This document shows, piece by piece, positions 8,303 to 17,246 of a stretch of 63,807 bases of DNA (its first letter is position 1; every line of letters starts with the position of its first letter). Below the pieces are notes generated by a model. That model worked only from the letters and a program-made list of their open reading frames with translations, ran no database searches and was not told the origin of the DNA. This stretch comes from Bacteroidales bacterium (lineage in GTDB: Bacteria > Bacteroidota > Bacteroidia > Bacteroidales > VadinHA17), in NCBI GenBank assembly GCA_025358645.1, contig JANYIW010000189.1, forward strand, positions 1-63,807, in the 5' to 3' direction. Both the position numbers and the translations under genes were made by a program.

Positions 8303-9664
8303 ATGGCAAAAAGTAAAACAGTATTCGTATGTCAGAACTGCGGAGTCGAATCTGCCAGGTGGATCGGAAGATGCCCTTCATGTAAGGAATGGAATACCTA
8401 CCATGAAGAAATTATTGCTCCCACTTCATCACGTGAGGTATCGTTCGTTATAAGACAGGAAAAAAGAAAACCTGAACTTCTGGATAGTATTAAGGCAGAT
8501 GAACATAGTCGCCAAAAGACAGGTATCGCCGAACTCGACAGGATACTGGGAGGCGGGATTGTAGGCGGATCATTGATTCTGCTGGGGGGAGAACCGGGTG
8601 TTGGCAAATCAACTCTGGCACTCCAGCTGGCCCTTGCCCTTAAAGGGAAAAATATCCTTTATGTTTCGGGGGAGGAAAGTGAGGAACAAATAAGCCTCAG
8701 GGCGCGAAGGATGAAGAATTCCAACCCTCAGTGTTATATTCTTTGTGAGACCGACCTTGAAAGCATTCTGGCTCATGCTGAGAATATTAAACCCGGGCTA
8801 ATAATAATTGACTCAATCCAGACAATAAACAATTCCATGCTTGAGTCCTCAGCTGGATCTGTCACCCAGGTAAGAGAATGCGCTGCACAACTTCTAAAAT
8901 ACTCAAAGATAACCGGTATCCCTGTTTTCCTGATCGGGCATATTACAAAGGATGGTACCCTGGCAGGTCCGAAAGTTCTTGAACATATCGTCGATGTGGT
9001 TCTCTATTTTGAAGGTGACAATAACTATGTTTATCGTATTCTCCGTTCGGTTAAAAACAGATTCGGTTCAACAGCTGAATTAGGTATTTTTGAGATGGTT
9101 GAAACAGGATTAAGAGAAGTTGACAACCCATCTGAAATGTTTATCAATCAGCACGATGAGGCCCTGAGCGGAATTTCAATTGCCGCCACTGTCGATGGGC
9201 TGAGACCATTTCTCATTGAAACACAGGCGCTTGTCAGCAGTGCAGTATACGGGACACCTCAGCGAAGTTCAACCGGATTCGATATCAGGAGACTTAATAT
9301 GCTTCTTGCGGTCCTTGAGAAAAGAGCTGGTTTTAAATTGGGCGTAAAAGATGTTTTTCTGAATATTGCAGGAGGCATAAAAGTAAACGATCCGGCAATA
9401 GATCTGGCGATTATAAGTTCTGTACTCTCTTCTAATCTTGATATTCCCATAGGCCGGGAGGTATGTTTTTCAGGAGAAACAGGTTTGTCAGGAGAAATAA
9501 GACCCGTTTCACGTATTGAACAGCGTATTCGCGAAGCATCAAAAATGGGATTTAGTAAAATATATATTTCCAAATATCACAGAAATATATCGGTTAAAGG
9601 ACTGGATATAGAAGTGATACATGTGGGAAAGATTGAGAACCTGATAAGATCACTCTTTAGTTAA
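8303..9664 (+). CDS. radA: DNA repair protein RadA
   Basis: MAKSKTVFVCQNCG..CPSC zinc ribbon, Walker A GEPGVGKST, a KNRFG motif and a Lon-like C-domain. ATG 8303 is preferred over the track's TTG 8291, which lies inside the repeat arm. Confidence 0.95.
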   Translation: MAKSKTVFVCQNCGVESARWIGRCPSCKEWNTYHEEIIAPTSSREVSFVIRQEKRKPELLDSIKADEHSRQKTGIAELDRILGGGIVGGSLILLGGEPGVGKSTLALQLALALKGKNILYVSGEESEEQISLRARRMKNSNPQCYILCETDLESILAHAENIKPGLIIIDSIQTINNSMLESSAGSVTQVRECAAQLLKYSKITGIPVFLIGHITKDGTLAGPKVLEHIVDVVLYFEGDNNYVYRILRSVKNRFGSTAELGIFEMVETGLREVDNPSEMFINQHDEALSGISIAATVDGLRPFLIETQALVSSAVYGTPQRSSTGFDIRRLNMLLAVLEKRAGFKLGVKDVFLNIAGGIKVNDPAIDLAIISSVLSSNLDIPIGREVCFSGETGLSGEIRPVSRIEQRIREASKMGFSKIYISKYHRNISVKGLDIEVIHVGKIENLIRSLFS

Positions 9665-9666
9665 AA

Positions 9667-9708
9667 GCACAGGGCGCAGAGCACAGAGCACAGGGCACAG
9701 GGCACAGA
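9667..9708. repeat. six tandem copies of the heptamer GCACAGR
   Basis: The sequence reads gcacagg gcgcaga gcacaga gcacagg gcacagg gcacaga, starting 3 nt after the radA stop. Confidence 0.9.
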
Positions 9709-9744
9709 GTTTCCCCCCTGAGCTCTGAGCACTGTGCTCTGTGC
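9681..9744. terminator. probable bidirectional terminator hairpin between convergent radA and the PBP gene
   Basis: gcacagagcacag (9681-9693) pairs with ctgtgctctgtgc (9732-9744). It sits in the 83-nt gap between two convergent stops, but there is no strong T-run. Confidence 0.45.
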
Positions 9745-9747
9745 ATT

Positions 9748-12099
9748 TTAATATCTAACTCTTCTCGAATTATCTCCGTGTGGATTGCTATTCCTGACCT
9801 TATTACAGTCAAGTTCCATATTGAAATTGGCAGGACGCTCAAATTCATCAGCCTCCATAATTCCTAATTGCGGATCATTATATATCTTTTTCAGAAAGAG
9901 ACCCATAATCGGAAGCGCCATTTTTGCCCCTGATCCTTCTCCTAATGTTTCAAAATGGATACCCTGATCTTCCCAACCACTCCATACCCCCCCCACCAAA
10001 TTAGGAGTTATCCCCATAAACCATCCGTTTGAATGATTCTGTGTTGTTCCTGTTTTCCCCCCAATCTGGTTCATCAGATTATAAGGTTCCTTTCTTAAAT
10101 TGTTCCCTGTTCCGAACCTGATAACTCCCTGCAAAAGATTAAGCATCAGAAAGGCCTGGTCTTCACTTAATACCTCTTCAATTTTTGGAGTAAATTTCGA
10201 TATTGTATTTCCATTCTTGTCTTCTATACGGGTAACATACATTGGCCTGGTGTATACACCTTTATTGGCAAAGGTACCATAAGCGCCGACCATCTCCTCA
10301 AGTTTAATATCGGATGTACCTAAAAAAATGGAAGGCACAGGATCAATAAAACTTCTGACTCCCATCTTGTGCATCAGATCAGTGACAGCTGTCGGTTTGA
10401 ACTGTTTCATTAACCATGCTGAGATATAGTTTTCAGATTCAGCCAGCCCCCAGGCCAATGTCACCATTTTGCCATGGTAATCCTTTGGTCCGGTGCTTCT
10501 TGGAGTCCATGGAAGAGAGTCGCCGGGGATATCGAAAGAACGTGGAATGTTTTCCACTTCCTGACAGGGAGAGTACCCGTTTTGCATGGCAACTGTATAA
10601 AGAAAGGGCTTTATTGTACTTCCTACCTGTTTCTTCTGGGTTGTTACGGCATCGTATTTAAAATACCTGAAATCAATTCCTCCGACATAAGCCTTTACAT
10701 TTCCATTATGAGGATCCTCAACCATAAATGCTGAACGGATAAAATATTTATAATACCTGATAGAATCGAGAGGAGTCATTATGGTATCCCTGTCGCCTTT
10801 CCATGAAAAGACTCTCATCTTAACCCGGGTATTAAAAGCAAGCATTATTGTATCCTCAGAAATACCGCGTGCCCTCATTATATAGTACCTGTCACTTTGT
10901 TTAAGTGAAGTCATTATCAGATCTTCAACCTCTTTTTTTGTAAGGTCATCAGAGTATGGAGGATTCTTAAACCATCTGGCTCGTTTATAGAAATCAGGTT
11001 GTACATCTTTAGAAAGATGTTCGGCCAATGCCTCTTCAGCATATTTCTGCATCCTGGAATTAATCGTGGTAAATATCTTAAGCCCGTCTCTGTAAACATC
11101 ATAACTCGCGCCGTCAGGCTTTTTATTTTTATTGCACCAGCCGTAAAGTGTATTGTTGTTCCATTCCCATAATGCATCGTCATAAGATGCTTGCTGAACA
11201 TATTTATTTTTGTCAGGTTCAGGTTTTCTCATTATATTCGTTAAGTATTGTCTGAGATAAGTTGCAAGGCCTGAATTATGATCTTCTATTCTGAAGTCAA
11301 CAGCTATCGGCAATTTCATTACAGAATCTGCAAGAGATGGATTTATGTAGCCATATTTCGCCATCTGTGAGATTACAACATTTCTCCTGCGAAGCATAAG
11401 ATCATAATTCCGTATGGGATTATACCTTGTTGATGCTTTCAGCATTCCTACCAAAACCGCTGCCTGTTGAAGGTTAAGAGAATCGGGAGTTGTATTGAAG
11501 TATACTTTTGCTGCAGATCTTATTCCAATTGCATTGTAACTGAAATCAAACTTATTCAGATACATTGTTATTATCTCTTCTTTTGTATAGCTCCTCTCAA
11601 GTTTAATTGCAGTCTGCCATTCTTTGAACTTTGAAACACTCAGCTTGATCTTCTTCATAATAGCAGAATTTCTGGCAGTATCTCTCGGATAAAGTTGCTT
11701 TGCCAGTTGTTGTGTTATTGTACTCCCTCCTCCGGTGCTCTGACCCATAAGGACAGTAAGTACAAATGCACGACCAAGGCCGCGGATATCAATACCTGAA
11801 TGTCTGTTATAGCGAATGTCTTCAGTAGCTATAAGTGCATCAGTCACATAGTGCGATAAGTCTTTATACTCTGTCCATGTCCGGTTCTCAATGCTGATCT
11901 TCCCCAGGAGGACTCCATCTTCTGAAAGAACCTGGGCTGCCAGATAATATTCCGGATTTTCAAGCTCTCCAAAAGAAGGCATGGGACCAAGTTTCCCTTT
12001 GGAAATCAGAATAAATAATGTTATAACAACAATAAATGGAAAAATAAATATTGCCCAGAACCAAATCTGGTATTTTTTGTTCTTGGTATCGCCTTTCAT
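9748..12099 (-). CDS. mrcA: class A penicillin-binding protein (transglycosylase/transpeptidase)
   Basis: 783 aa. It has an N-terminal TM segment, GT51 motifs (ATEDIRYNRHSGID, GGSTITQQLAK, RKxxE-like) and transpeptidase motifs (STIKPF, SEN, KTGTT). Confidence 0.9.
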   Translation of the reverse strand: MKGDTKNKKYQIWFWAIFIFPFIVVITLFILISKGKLGPMPSFGELENPEYYLAAQVLSEDGVLLGKISIENRTWTEYKDLSHYVTDALIATEDIRYNRHSGIDIRGLGRAFVLTVLMGQSTGGGSTITQQLAKQLYPRDTARNSAIMKKIKLSVSKFKEWQTAIKLERSYTKEEIITMYLNKFDFSYNAIGIRSAAKVYFNTTPDSLNLQQAAVLVGMLKASTRYNPIRNYDLMLRRRNVVISQMAKYGYINPSLADSVMKLPIAVDFRIEDHNSGLATYLRQYLTNIMRKPEPDKNKYVQQASYDDALWEWNNNTLYGWCNKNKKPDGASYDVYRDGLKIFTTINSRMQKYAEEALAEHLSKDVQPDFYKRARWFKNPPYSDDLTKKEVEDLIMTSLKQSDRYYIMRARGISEDTIMLAFNTRVKMRVFSWKGDRDTIMTPLDSIRYYKYFIRSAFMVEDPHNGNVKAYVGGIDFRYFKYDAVTTQKKQVGSTIKPFLYTVAMQNGYSPCQEVENIPRSFDIPGDSLPWTPRSTGPKDYHGKMVTLAWGLAESENYISAWLMKQFKPTAVTDLMHKMGVRSFIDPVPSIFLGTSDIKLEEMVGAYGTFANKGVYTRPMYVTRIEDKNGNTISKFTPKIEEVLSEDQAFLMLNLLQGVIRFGTGNNLRKEPYNLMNQIGGKTGTTQNHSNGWFMGITPNLVGGVWSGWEDQGIHFETLGEGSGAKMALPIMGLFLKKIYNDPQLGIMEADEFERPANFNMELDCNKVRNSNPHGDNSRRVRY

Positions 12100-12219
12100 T
12101 TACTTAAGATGTTTGGTTCAAAAATAATAAATAATAAAGAATCTTAACGGTTTATTTTGAAGTTTGGTACCTAATTGATTTACTTTGTCGTCTGAAAAAA
12201 AGAATAAATATCTGCTGTC

Positions 12220-14523
12220 ATGATCGAAAATCTTGTAATTGTAGAGTCGCCTGCCAAAGCGAAAACCATTGAGAAGTTTCTGGGAAAAGATTTCCGCGTT
12301 GTTTCTAGTTTCGGGCATATCCGAGACCTGTCAAAGAAGAACCTGGGTATAGATATTGAACATAATTTTGAACCCGATTATGAGGTTCCAAAGGAAAAGG
12401 CAAAAGTTGTCAGCGAGTTGCGCAAAGCCGCAGCTGATTCAAAAAATATCTGGATTGCATCTGACGAGGACCGTGAAGGAGAAGCTATTGCATGGCATCT
12501 TGTCAGCGTTCTGAAACTCGATCTGTTAACAACAAAGAGAATTGTTTTTCATGAAATAACCAAAGAGGCTATCACTAATGCCATTGAAACTCCAAGGCAG
12601 GTTGATATGAACCTTGTCAATTCCCAGCAGGCTCGCCGTATTCTCGACCGGCTTGTTGGCTTTGAGATTTCACCTGTGCTCTGGAAAAAGGTACAGCCAG
12701 CACTTTCTGCCGGCAGGGTTCAATCTGTAGCTGTCCGTCTGATTGTTGAAAGGGAAAGGGAGATTATTTCTTTTGAGACAGTATCCGCCTTCAGGGTTAC
12801 TGCAATTTTCCTTATCGATTCAGGTAAAGGTGAGAATGCTACGCTCAGGGCAGAAGCCTCCAAAAGGTTTCCTGATGAAAAAGAGGCATTAAAATTCCTG
12901 GAGTTATGCAATGGTTCAAAATATTCAATAGGAAGTATAACTATCAAGCCGGGAACCCGTTCACCTGCTCCGCCGTTTACCACATCAACTCTTCAGCAGG
13001 AAGCTTACAGGAAGCTGGGGTTTTCTGTTGCTCAGACAATGGCTGTTGCACAGAAACTTTATGAAGCCGGGAAGATTACATACATGAGAACCGATTCAAC
13101 AAATCTTTCAAATCTGGCGCTTGTCAAGTCGCGTGAGGTGATTACTTCTGAGTTTGGTGAAGAATACTCAAAGACACGACAGTTTAAAACCAAATCAAAG
13201 GGTGCCCAGGAAGCACACGAAGCAATTCGTCCTGCATATCTCGAAAACGCAACCACAGCCGGCAATCAGAATGAAAAAAGACTATATGAACTGATATGGA
13301 AACGAACAGTTGCATCCCAGATGGCAGATGCCAGGATCGAGAAGACATCTATTTCAATTGATATGAATAACTCTCCGGTTACCTTTCAGGCTAACGGCGA
13401 AGTTATAAAGTTCGATGGTTTTCTGAGGGTCTATACAGAATCATCCGACCAGGAAAACACCGATGAAGAAAGATATGTGATCCCCCCGGTAACCAAAGGC
13501 ATGCCACTATCCTACGACAATATAACTGCAACTCAAAAATACACCTCCCCGCCACCCAGATATACTGAAGCAAGTCTTGTGAAAAAACTTGAGGAATTGG
13601 GTATTGGCCGACCCTCAACTTATGCTCCTACAATATCTACAATTCAAAACCGGGGTTATGTCTCGCGTGAGGACAGACCCGGAGAAAAAAGAGAGCTAAA
13701 AATTATTACCCTACTCGGTGGTAAGTTTACAAATTCGACCAAAACAGAGGTGGCAGGAAAAGAAAAATCGAAACTCTTTCCACAGGATATTGGAATGATC
13801 GTGAATGACTTTCTTATTGAAAATTTCTCTGAAATCGTTGATTATCATTTCACTGCAGAAGTTGAGGAACAATTCGACGAGATAGCTCTCGGCAATCTGA
13901 AATGGACCGGGATGATTGAAAAATTCTATTCTCCATTTCATAAGACAGTTACAAACACCCTGGAGAAAAAAGAGAGAAAAACCGGAGTAAGAGTTCTTGG
14001 AAATCATCCTGAAACAGGAGAGCCTGTCACTGTAAGGATGGGACGTTTTGGTCCGGTAGCCCAGATCGGTGAAACAGGAAATGAAGCAAAACCAAGATAT
14101 GCAAGTCTGTCAAAAAACCAACTGCTCGAAACAATAACCCTTGCGGAGGCATTAAACCTTTTCCGTCTTCCCCGCTCTCTGGGTGTATATGATGGAGAAG
14201 AAATGATTGTAGGAATAGGTAAATTCGGTCCTTATATAAGATTTAAAAGTAAATTCTTCTCTTTAAAGAAAGACGTGGATGATCCTTATACAGTGTCAAT
14301 TGAAAGAGGTATTGAGATAATCCTTGAAAAAAATGAGACTGATAAAAAGAAGGTTATTAAAGACTTTGGAGATATTATGCTCCTGAATGGAAGATACGGG
14401 CCTTACCTTGTTAAAGATAAACAAAACTTCAGACTCCCTAAGGGCACTGATGCTGAAAAACTTACCAAAGAAGATTGCGTTAAGATTATCGAAAACAGTG
14501 ATAAAACCAAAAAGAGTTCTTAA
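12220..14523 (+). CDS. topA: DNA topoisomerase I
   Basis: 767 aa. LVIVESPAKAKTIEKFLG (Toprim), DEDREGEAI and ITYMRTDS (active-site Tyr region). Confidence 0.95.
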   Translation: MIENLVIVESPAKAKTIEKFLGKDFRVVSSFGHIRDLSKKNLGIDIEHNFEPDYEVPKEKAKVVSELRKAAADSKNIWIASDEDREGEAIAWHLVSVLKLDLLTTKRIVFHEITKEAITNAIETPRQVDMNLVNSQQARRILDRLVGFEISPVLWKKVQPALSAGRVQSVAVRLIVEREREIISFETVSAFRVTAIFLIDSGKGENATLRAEASKRFPDEKEALKFLELCNGSKYSIGSITIKPGTRSPAPPFTTSTLQQEAYRKLGFSVAQTMAVAQKLYEAGKITYMRTDSTNLSNLALVKSREVITSEFGEEYSKTRQFKTKSKGAQEAHEAIRPAYLENATTAGNQNEKRLYELIWKRTVASQMADARIEKTSISIDMNNSPVTFQANGEVIKFDGFLRVYTESSDQENTDEERYVIPPVTKGMPLSYDNITATQKYTSPPPRYTEASLVKKLEELGIGRPSTYAPTISTIQNRGYVSREDRPGEKRELKIITLLGGKFTNSTKTEVAGKEKSKLFPQDIGMIVNDFLIENFSEIVDYHFTAEVEEQFDEIALGNLKWTGMIEKFYSPFHKTVTNTLEKKERKTGVRVLGNHPETGEPVTVRMGRFGPVAQIGETGNEAKPRYASLSKNQLLETITLAEALNLFRLPRSLGVYDGEEMIVGIGKFGPYIRFKSKFFSLKKDVDDPYTVSIERGIEIILEKNETDKKKVIKDFGDIMLLNGRYGPYLVKDKQNFRLPKGTDAEKLTKEDCVKIIENSDKTKKSS

Positions 14524-14524
14524 A

Positions 14525-14916
14525 TTAAAACATGGTGTAACTAATCAGTGACTAGAGTTTGGAGTGCCTAGAGTGCCTAAAGTTAATAATAAAAGGGTGA
14601 ATCAGTTTCTTTTATAAGCAGCGATAACACTTAAAGCTCCTGCCACATTTTGATTATTTTTTATGGCAGTATTTATTATGGATCTCAGGATGGCGAAGTT
14701 TTCAGCAGCACTCCAACATTTCAAAGAACGTAATCGCTTAATTATCAACCCAAACAATTATTTTTGTTGATATGTGTACGATTTGTAAAAAATATCAAAT
14801 TAATAAACCCTAAAAAGGTTAATCCAGCAAAGAAAGTTGTTAATAACACTTGATTTTTTAACTTTAGGCACTCTAAACTTTAGCTCACTTTAAGTACTGA
14901 TTAGTTAAAACATGGT
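14525..14916. mobile_element. MITE-like insertion (~370 bp) flanked by a 12-bp direct repeat
   Basis: The direct repeat TTAAAACATGGT occurs at 14525-14536 and 14905-14916. Imperfect terminal inverted repeats are (g)taactaatcagtgactagagtttggagtgcctagagtgcctaaagtta (14537-14585) and taactttaggcactctaaactttagctcactttaagtactgattagtta (14859-14907). There is no ORF inside. Confidence 0.65.
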
Positions 14917-16081
14917 AGATCTGAATGATTATTTTAATCCGGTAAGTATCGAGGGTCCTGATTTTGAGCAACTGACCACCCAGGCAGGTTTCCCACATAA
15001 TATCGCCATTCATACCGATAACACACCTGTTAAAGATATAAGTAAGTACAAAATTGCAATCGTTGGAGTACCTGAAGGCAGGAACTCACCAAACGCAGGA
15101 TCATTAAAAGCGCCTGATATGATCAGAGAGCAATTATACAGACTTGCAAAAATTCCGGGAAGATCAAAAATTATTGATCTCGGTAATATGAAACAGGGCG
15201 TTACATTCAACGATACTATTGCAGGGCTTACCGATGTATTATCTTTATTAATCCGTGAGAACCTGTTCCCTGTAGTTATAGGAGGCAGCAGCGCTATCAT
15301 TCCCGCGATCGACAAAGCCATTTCTCAATCATTAACCGGGTATACATTAACTTGTGTCGATCCACGGATCGATTTCAGTAATGAAAAGAAAGAATACGAT
15401 TCATTTAATTACTTAAATGCAATTATTAATAATCATAAAAGCGCTTTCTCCCATTATATCAATATCGGATACCAGACATATCTTAATGATCAACAGATAA
15501 TAAACAGATTCCTGAAACGAAGATCGGAATTAATCAGGATCGGCGATGTAAGACAGGCTATCTACCTTACAGAGCCTCTGTTCAGAGACTCTGATGTAGC
15601 AATTTTTGACATTTCGGCTGTAAGACAATCCGATGCTCCCGGGACAATCAGTCCTTCCCCAAATGGCTTCTACGGAGAAGAGATCTGTCTGCTTTCAAGG
15701 TATGCCGGAATATCCGATAAACTGAAAGTATTTGGTCTTTTTGATGTGAATCCTGAATTTGATATGCGCAACCAGACTACAGGTCTCGCTGCACAGATCC
15801 TTTGGTTTTTCTTTGAAGGTTTTTCTCAAAAACAGTATGAAACCCCAGTCTTAAATCTCAGTAATTCAGGGCGATTTATTAAGTATCATGTACGAATCAC
15901 CGATCTCGAGGATGATCTTATATTCATAAAAAGCAATCTGACCGACAGATGGTGGATTGAACTTCCTTCTGAAATAAACCAGAACCACTACGTTGCCTGT
16001 TCACATGAAGATTATCTTAAAGCCAACCGTAATGAGGTTCCTGACAGATGGGTACAAGCCGTCGAAAGGCTAAAATCCTGA
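14912..16081 (+). CDS. arginase/formiminoglutamase-family protein with degenerate metal-ligand motifs
   Basis: 389 aa with an overall ureohydrolase layout. The motif positions read GGSSA (for GGDHS), VDPRIDF (for DAHxD), FDISAVRQSDAPGT (for DxDxxDPxxAPGT) and FDVNPEFD. Confidence 0.7.
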   Translation: MVDLNDYFNPVSIEGPDFEQLTTQAGFPHNIAIHTDNTPVKDISKYKIAIVGVPEGRNSPNAGSLKAPDMIREQLYRLAKIPGRSKIIDLGNMKQGVTFNDTIAGLTDVLSLLIRENLFPVVIGGSSAIIPAIDKAISQSLTGYTLTCVDPRIDFSNEKKEYDSFNYLNAIINNHKSAFSHYINIGYQTYLNDQQIINRFLKRRSELIRIGDVRQAIYLTEPLFRDSDVAIFDISAVRQSDAPGTISPSPNGFYGEEICLLSRYAGISDKLKVFGLFDVNPEFDMRNQTTGLAAQILWFFFEGFSQKQYETPVLNLSNSGRFIKYHVRITDLEDDLIFIKSNLTDRWWIELPSEINQNHYVACSHEDYLKANRNEVPDRWVQAVERLKS

Positions 16082-16179
16082 GATCTCTGAACCGCACCTG
16101 AAATAAATGTGCCTGGTGCAACAAACAATATCCAAGTGCGCTCGTATAACAGGTATTTCGAATTTTAAATAAATACCGG

Positions 16180-16187
16180 TAAATTTG
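16180..16187 (+). promoter_or_regulatory. candidate -7 box (TAAATTTG) for the porP-gldKLMN operon
   Basis: A TAnnTTTG match 68 nt upstream of ATG 16255. Confidence 0.4.
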
Positions 16188-16254
16188 TTTACGACTTAGA
16201 TTTTTATTTATTTTACTCGTTCAATCAATGTGAATTGCACCTGCAAACAAAGAG

Positions 16255-17199
16255 ATGAAAAAACTAAATATTGCATTTCTTTTTTTATTATTGTCGCTAC
16301 AGCCGGTTTTAGCTCAACAAGATCCTCTGTCGAGTCAGTATATGTTCAACACTCTTACTTTTAATCCGGGTGTGGCAGGTACTTCAGGAATGATCTGTGC
16401 TACTGCTATGAACCGGCAGCAGTGGATAGGATTTAAAGGCGCTCCCTCAACAACTCTCTTTAACATAAGTTCTCCTGTTTCTCTTTTCGGCATAAAGAGC
16501 GGCGTTGGTTTGCTGGTTGAAAGCGATAACATAGGCTTTAATAAAAATATTAATCTTTCCGGATCTTACTCATACCTTATGGATCTGGGAATGGGGAAAC
16601 TCGGTATTGGCTTAAGCCTGGGTATGCTGAATACTACAATCAATCCCACGTGGGAGATACCCGTAGGTGATGCACACACTCCCGTTTCCGGCGATCCTTT
16701 GATACCCGAAAACAAAGAGAGTTATGTTGCTCTGGATGCAGGACTTGGCCTCTTCTACAAGGCAGACAAGTATTATGCTTCTCTCTCAGTCACTCACATT
16801 AATCAGCCAAAAATCAAGTTCAGTAAAGGCACGCCATATTTCAGCAGACATTACTATCTGACAAGTGGTTATAATTTACAATTGCCAAACCCATCGCTTG
16901 AATTAATCCCATCCTTCTTTGCATTCAGTGATGGAAAGGTAGTTCAGATTGCTGTAACTTCATTGATCAGATACAATAAAAAAGTATGGGGAGGCATTTC
17001 TTACAGAGCCGGAGATGCCTTGATCGGAATTGTAGGAGTTGAACTTTTTAATGGAATCAGACTTGGTTATTCTTATGATTTCACAATTTCTGATATTGGA
17101 AAAAGCAGTTCCGGGTCGCACGAATTTATGATCAATTATTGCTTCGACCTAAGCCTTGGTAAAAGCCCCATGAAATATAAAAGCATCAGATTTTTATGA
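16255..17199 (+). CDS. porP: type IX secretion system membrane protein, PorP/SprF family
   Basis: 314 aa. Signal peptide, then QQDPLSSQYMFNTLTFNPGVAG, the hallmark N-terminus of PorP/SprF. It sits immediately upstream of gldK. Confidence 0.85.
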   Translation: MKKLNIAFLFLLLSLQPVLAQQDPLSSQYMFNTLTFNPGVAGTSGMICATAMNRQQWIGFKGAPSTTLFNISSPVSLFGIKSGVGLLVESDNIGFNKNINLSGSYSYLMDLGMGKLGIGLSLGMLNTTINPTWEIPVGDAHTPVSGDPLIPENKESYVALDAGLGLFYKADKYYASLSVTHINQPKIKFSKGTPYFSRHYYLTSGYNLQLPNPSLELIPSFFAFSDGKVVQIAVTSLIRYNKKVWGGISYRAGDALIGIVGVELFNGIRLGYSYDFTISDIGKSSSGSHEFMINYCFDLSLGKSPMKYKSIRFL

Positions 17200-17246
17200 T
17201 TATTGAAAAGAAATAACTTACTTGCAATATAAAATTCTATAGTATT

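Noticed and set aside
9657-9848. 63-aa minus-strand ORF ending ..CPVPCALCSAPCAFN.
   Set aside because: The Cys/Ala/Pro periodicity is the translation of the GCACAGR heptamer array, and the ORF overlaps the 3' end of the PBP gene.
12118-12318. 66-aa minus-strand ORF across the topA promoter and start.
   Set aside because: It overlaps the first 33 codons of topA in antisense and has a low-complexity composition.
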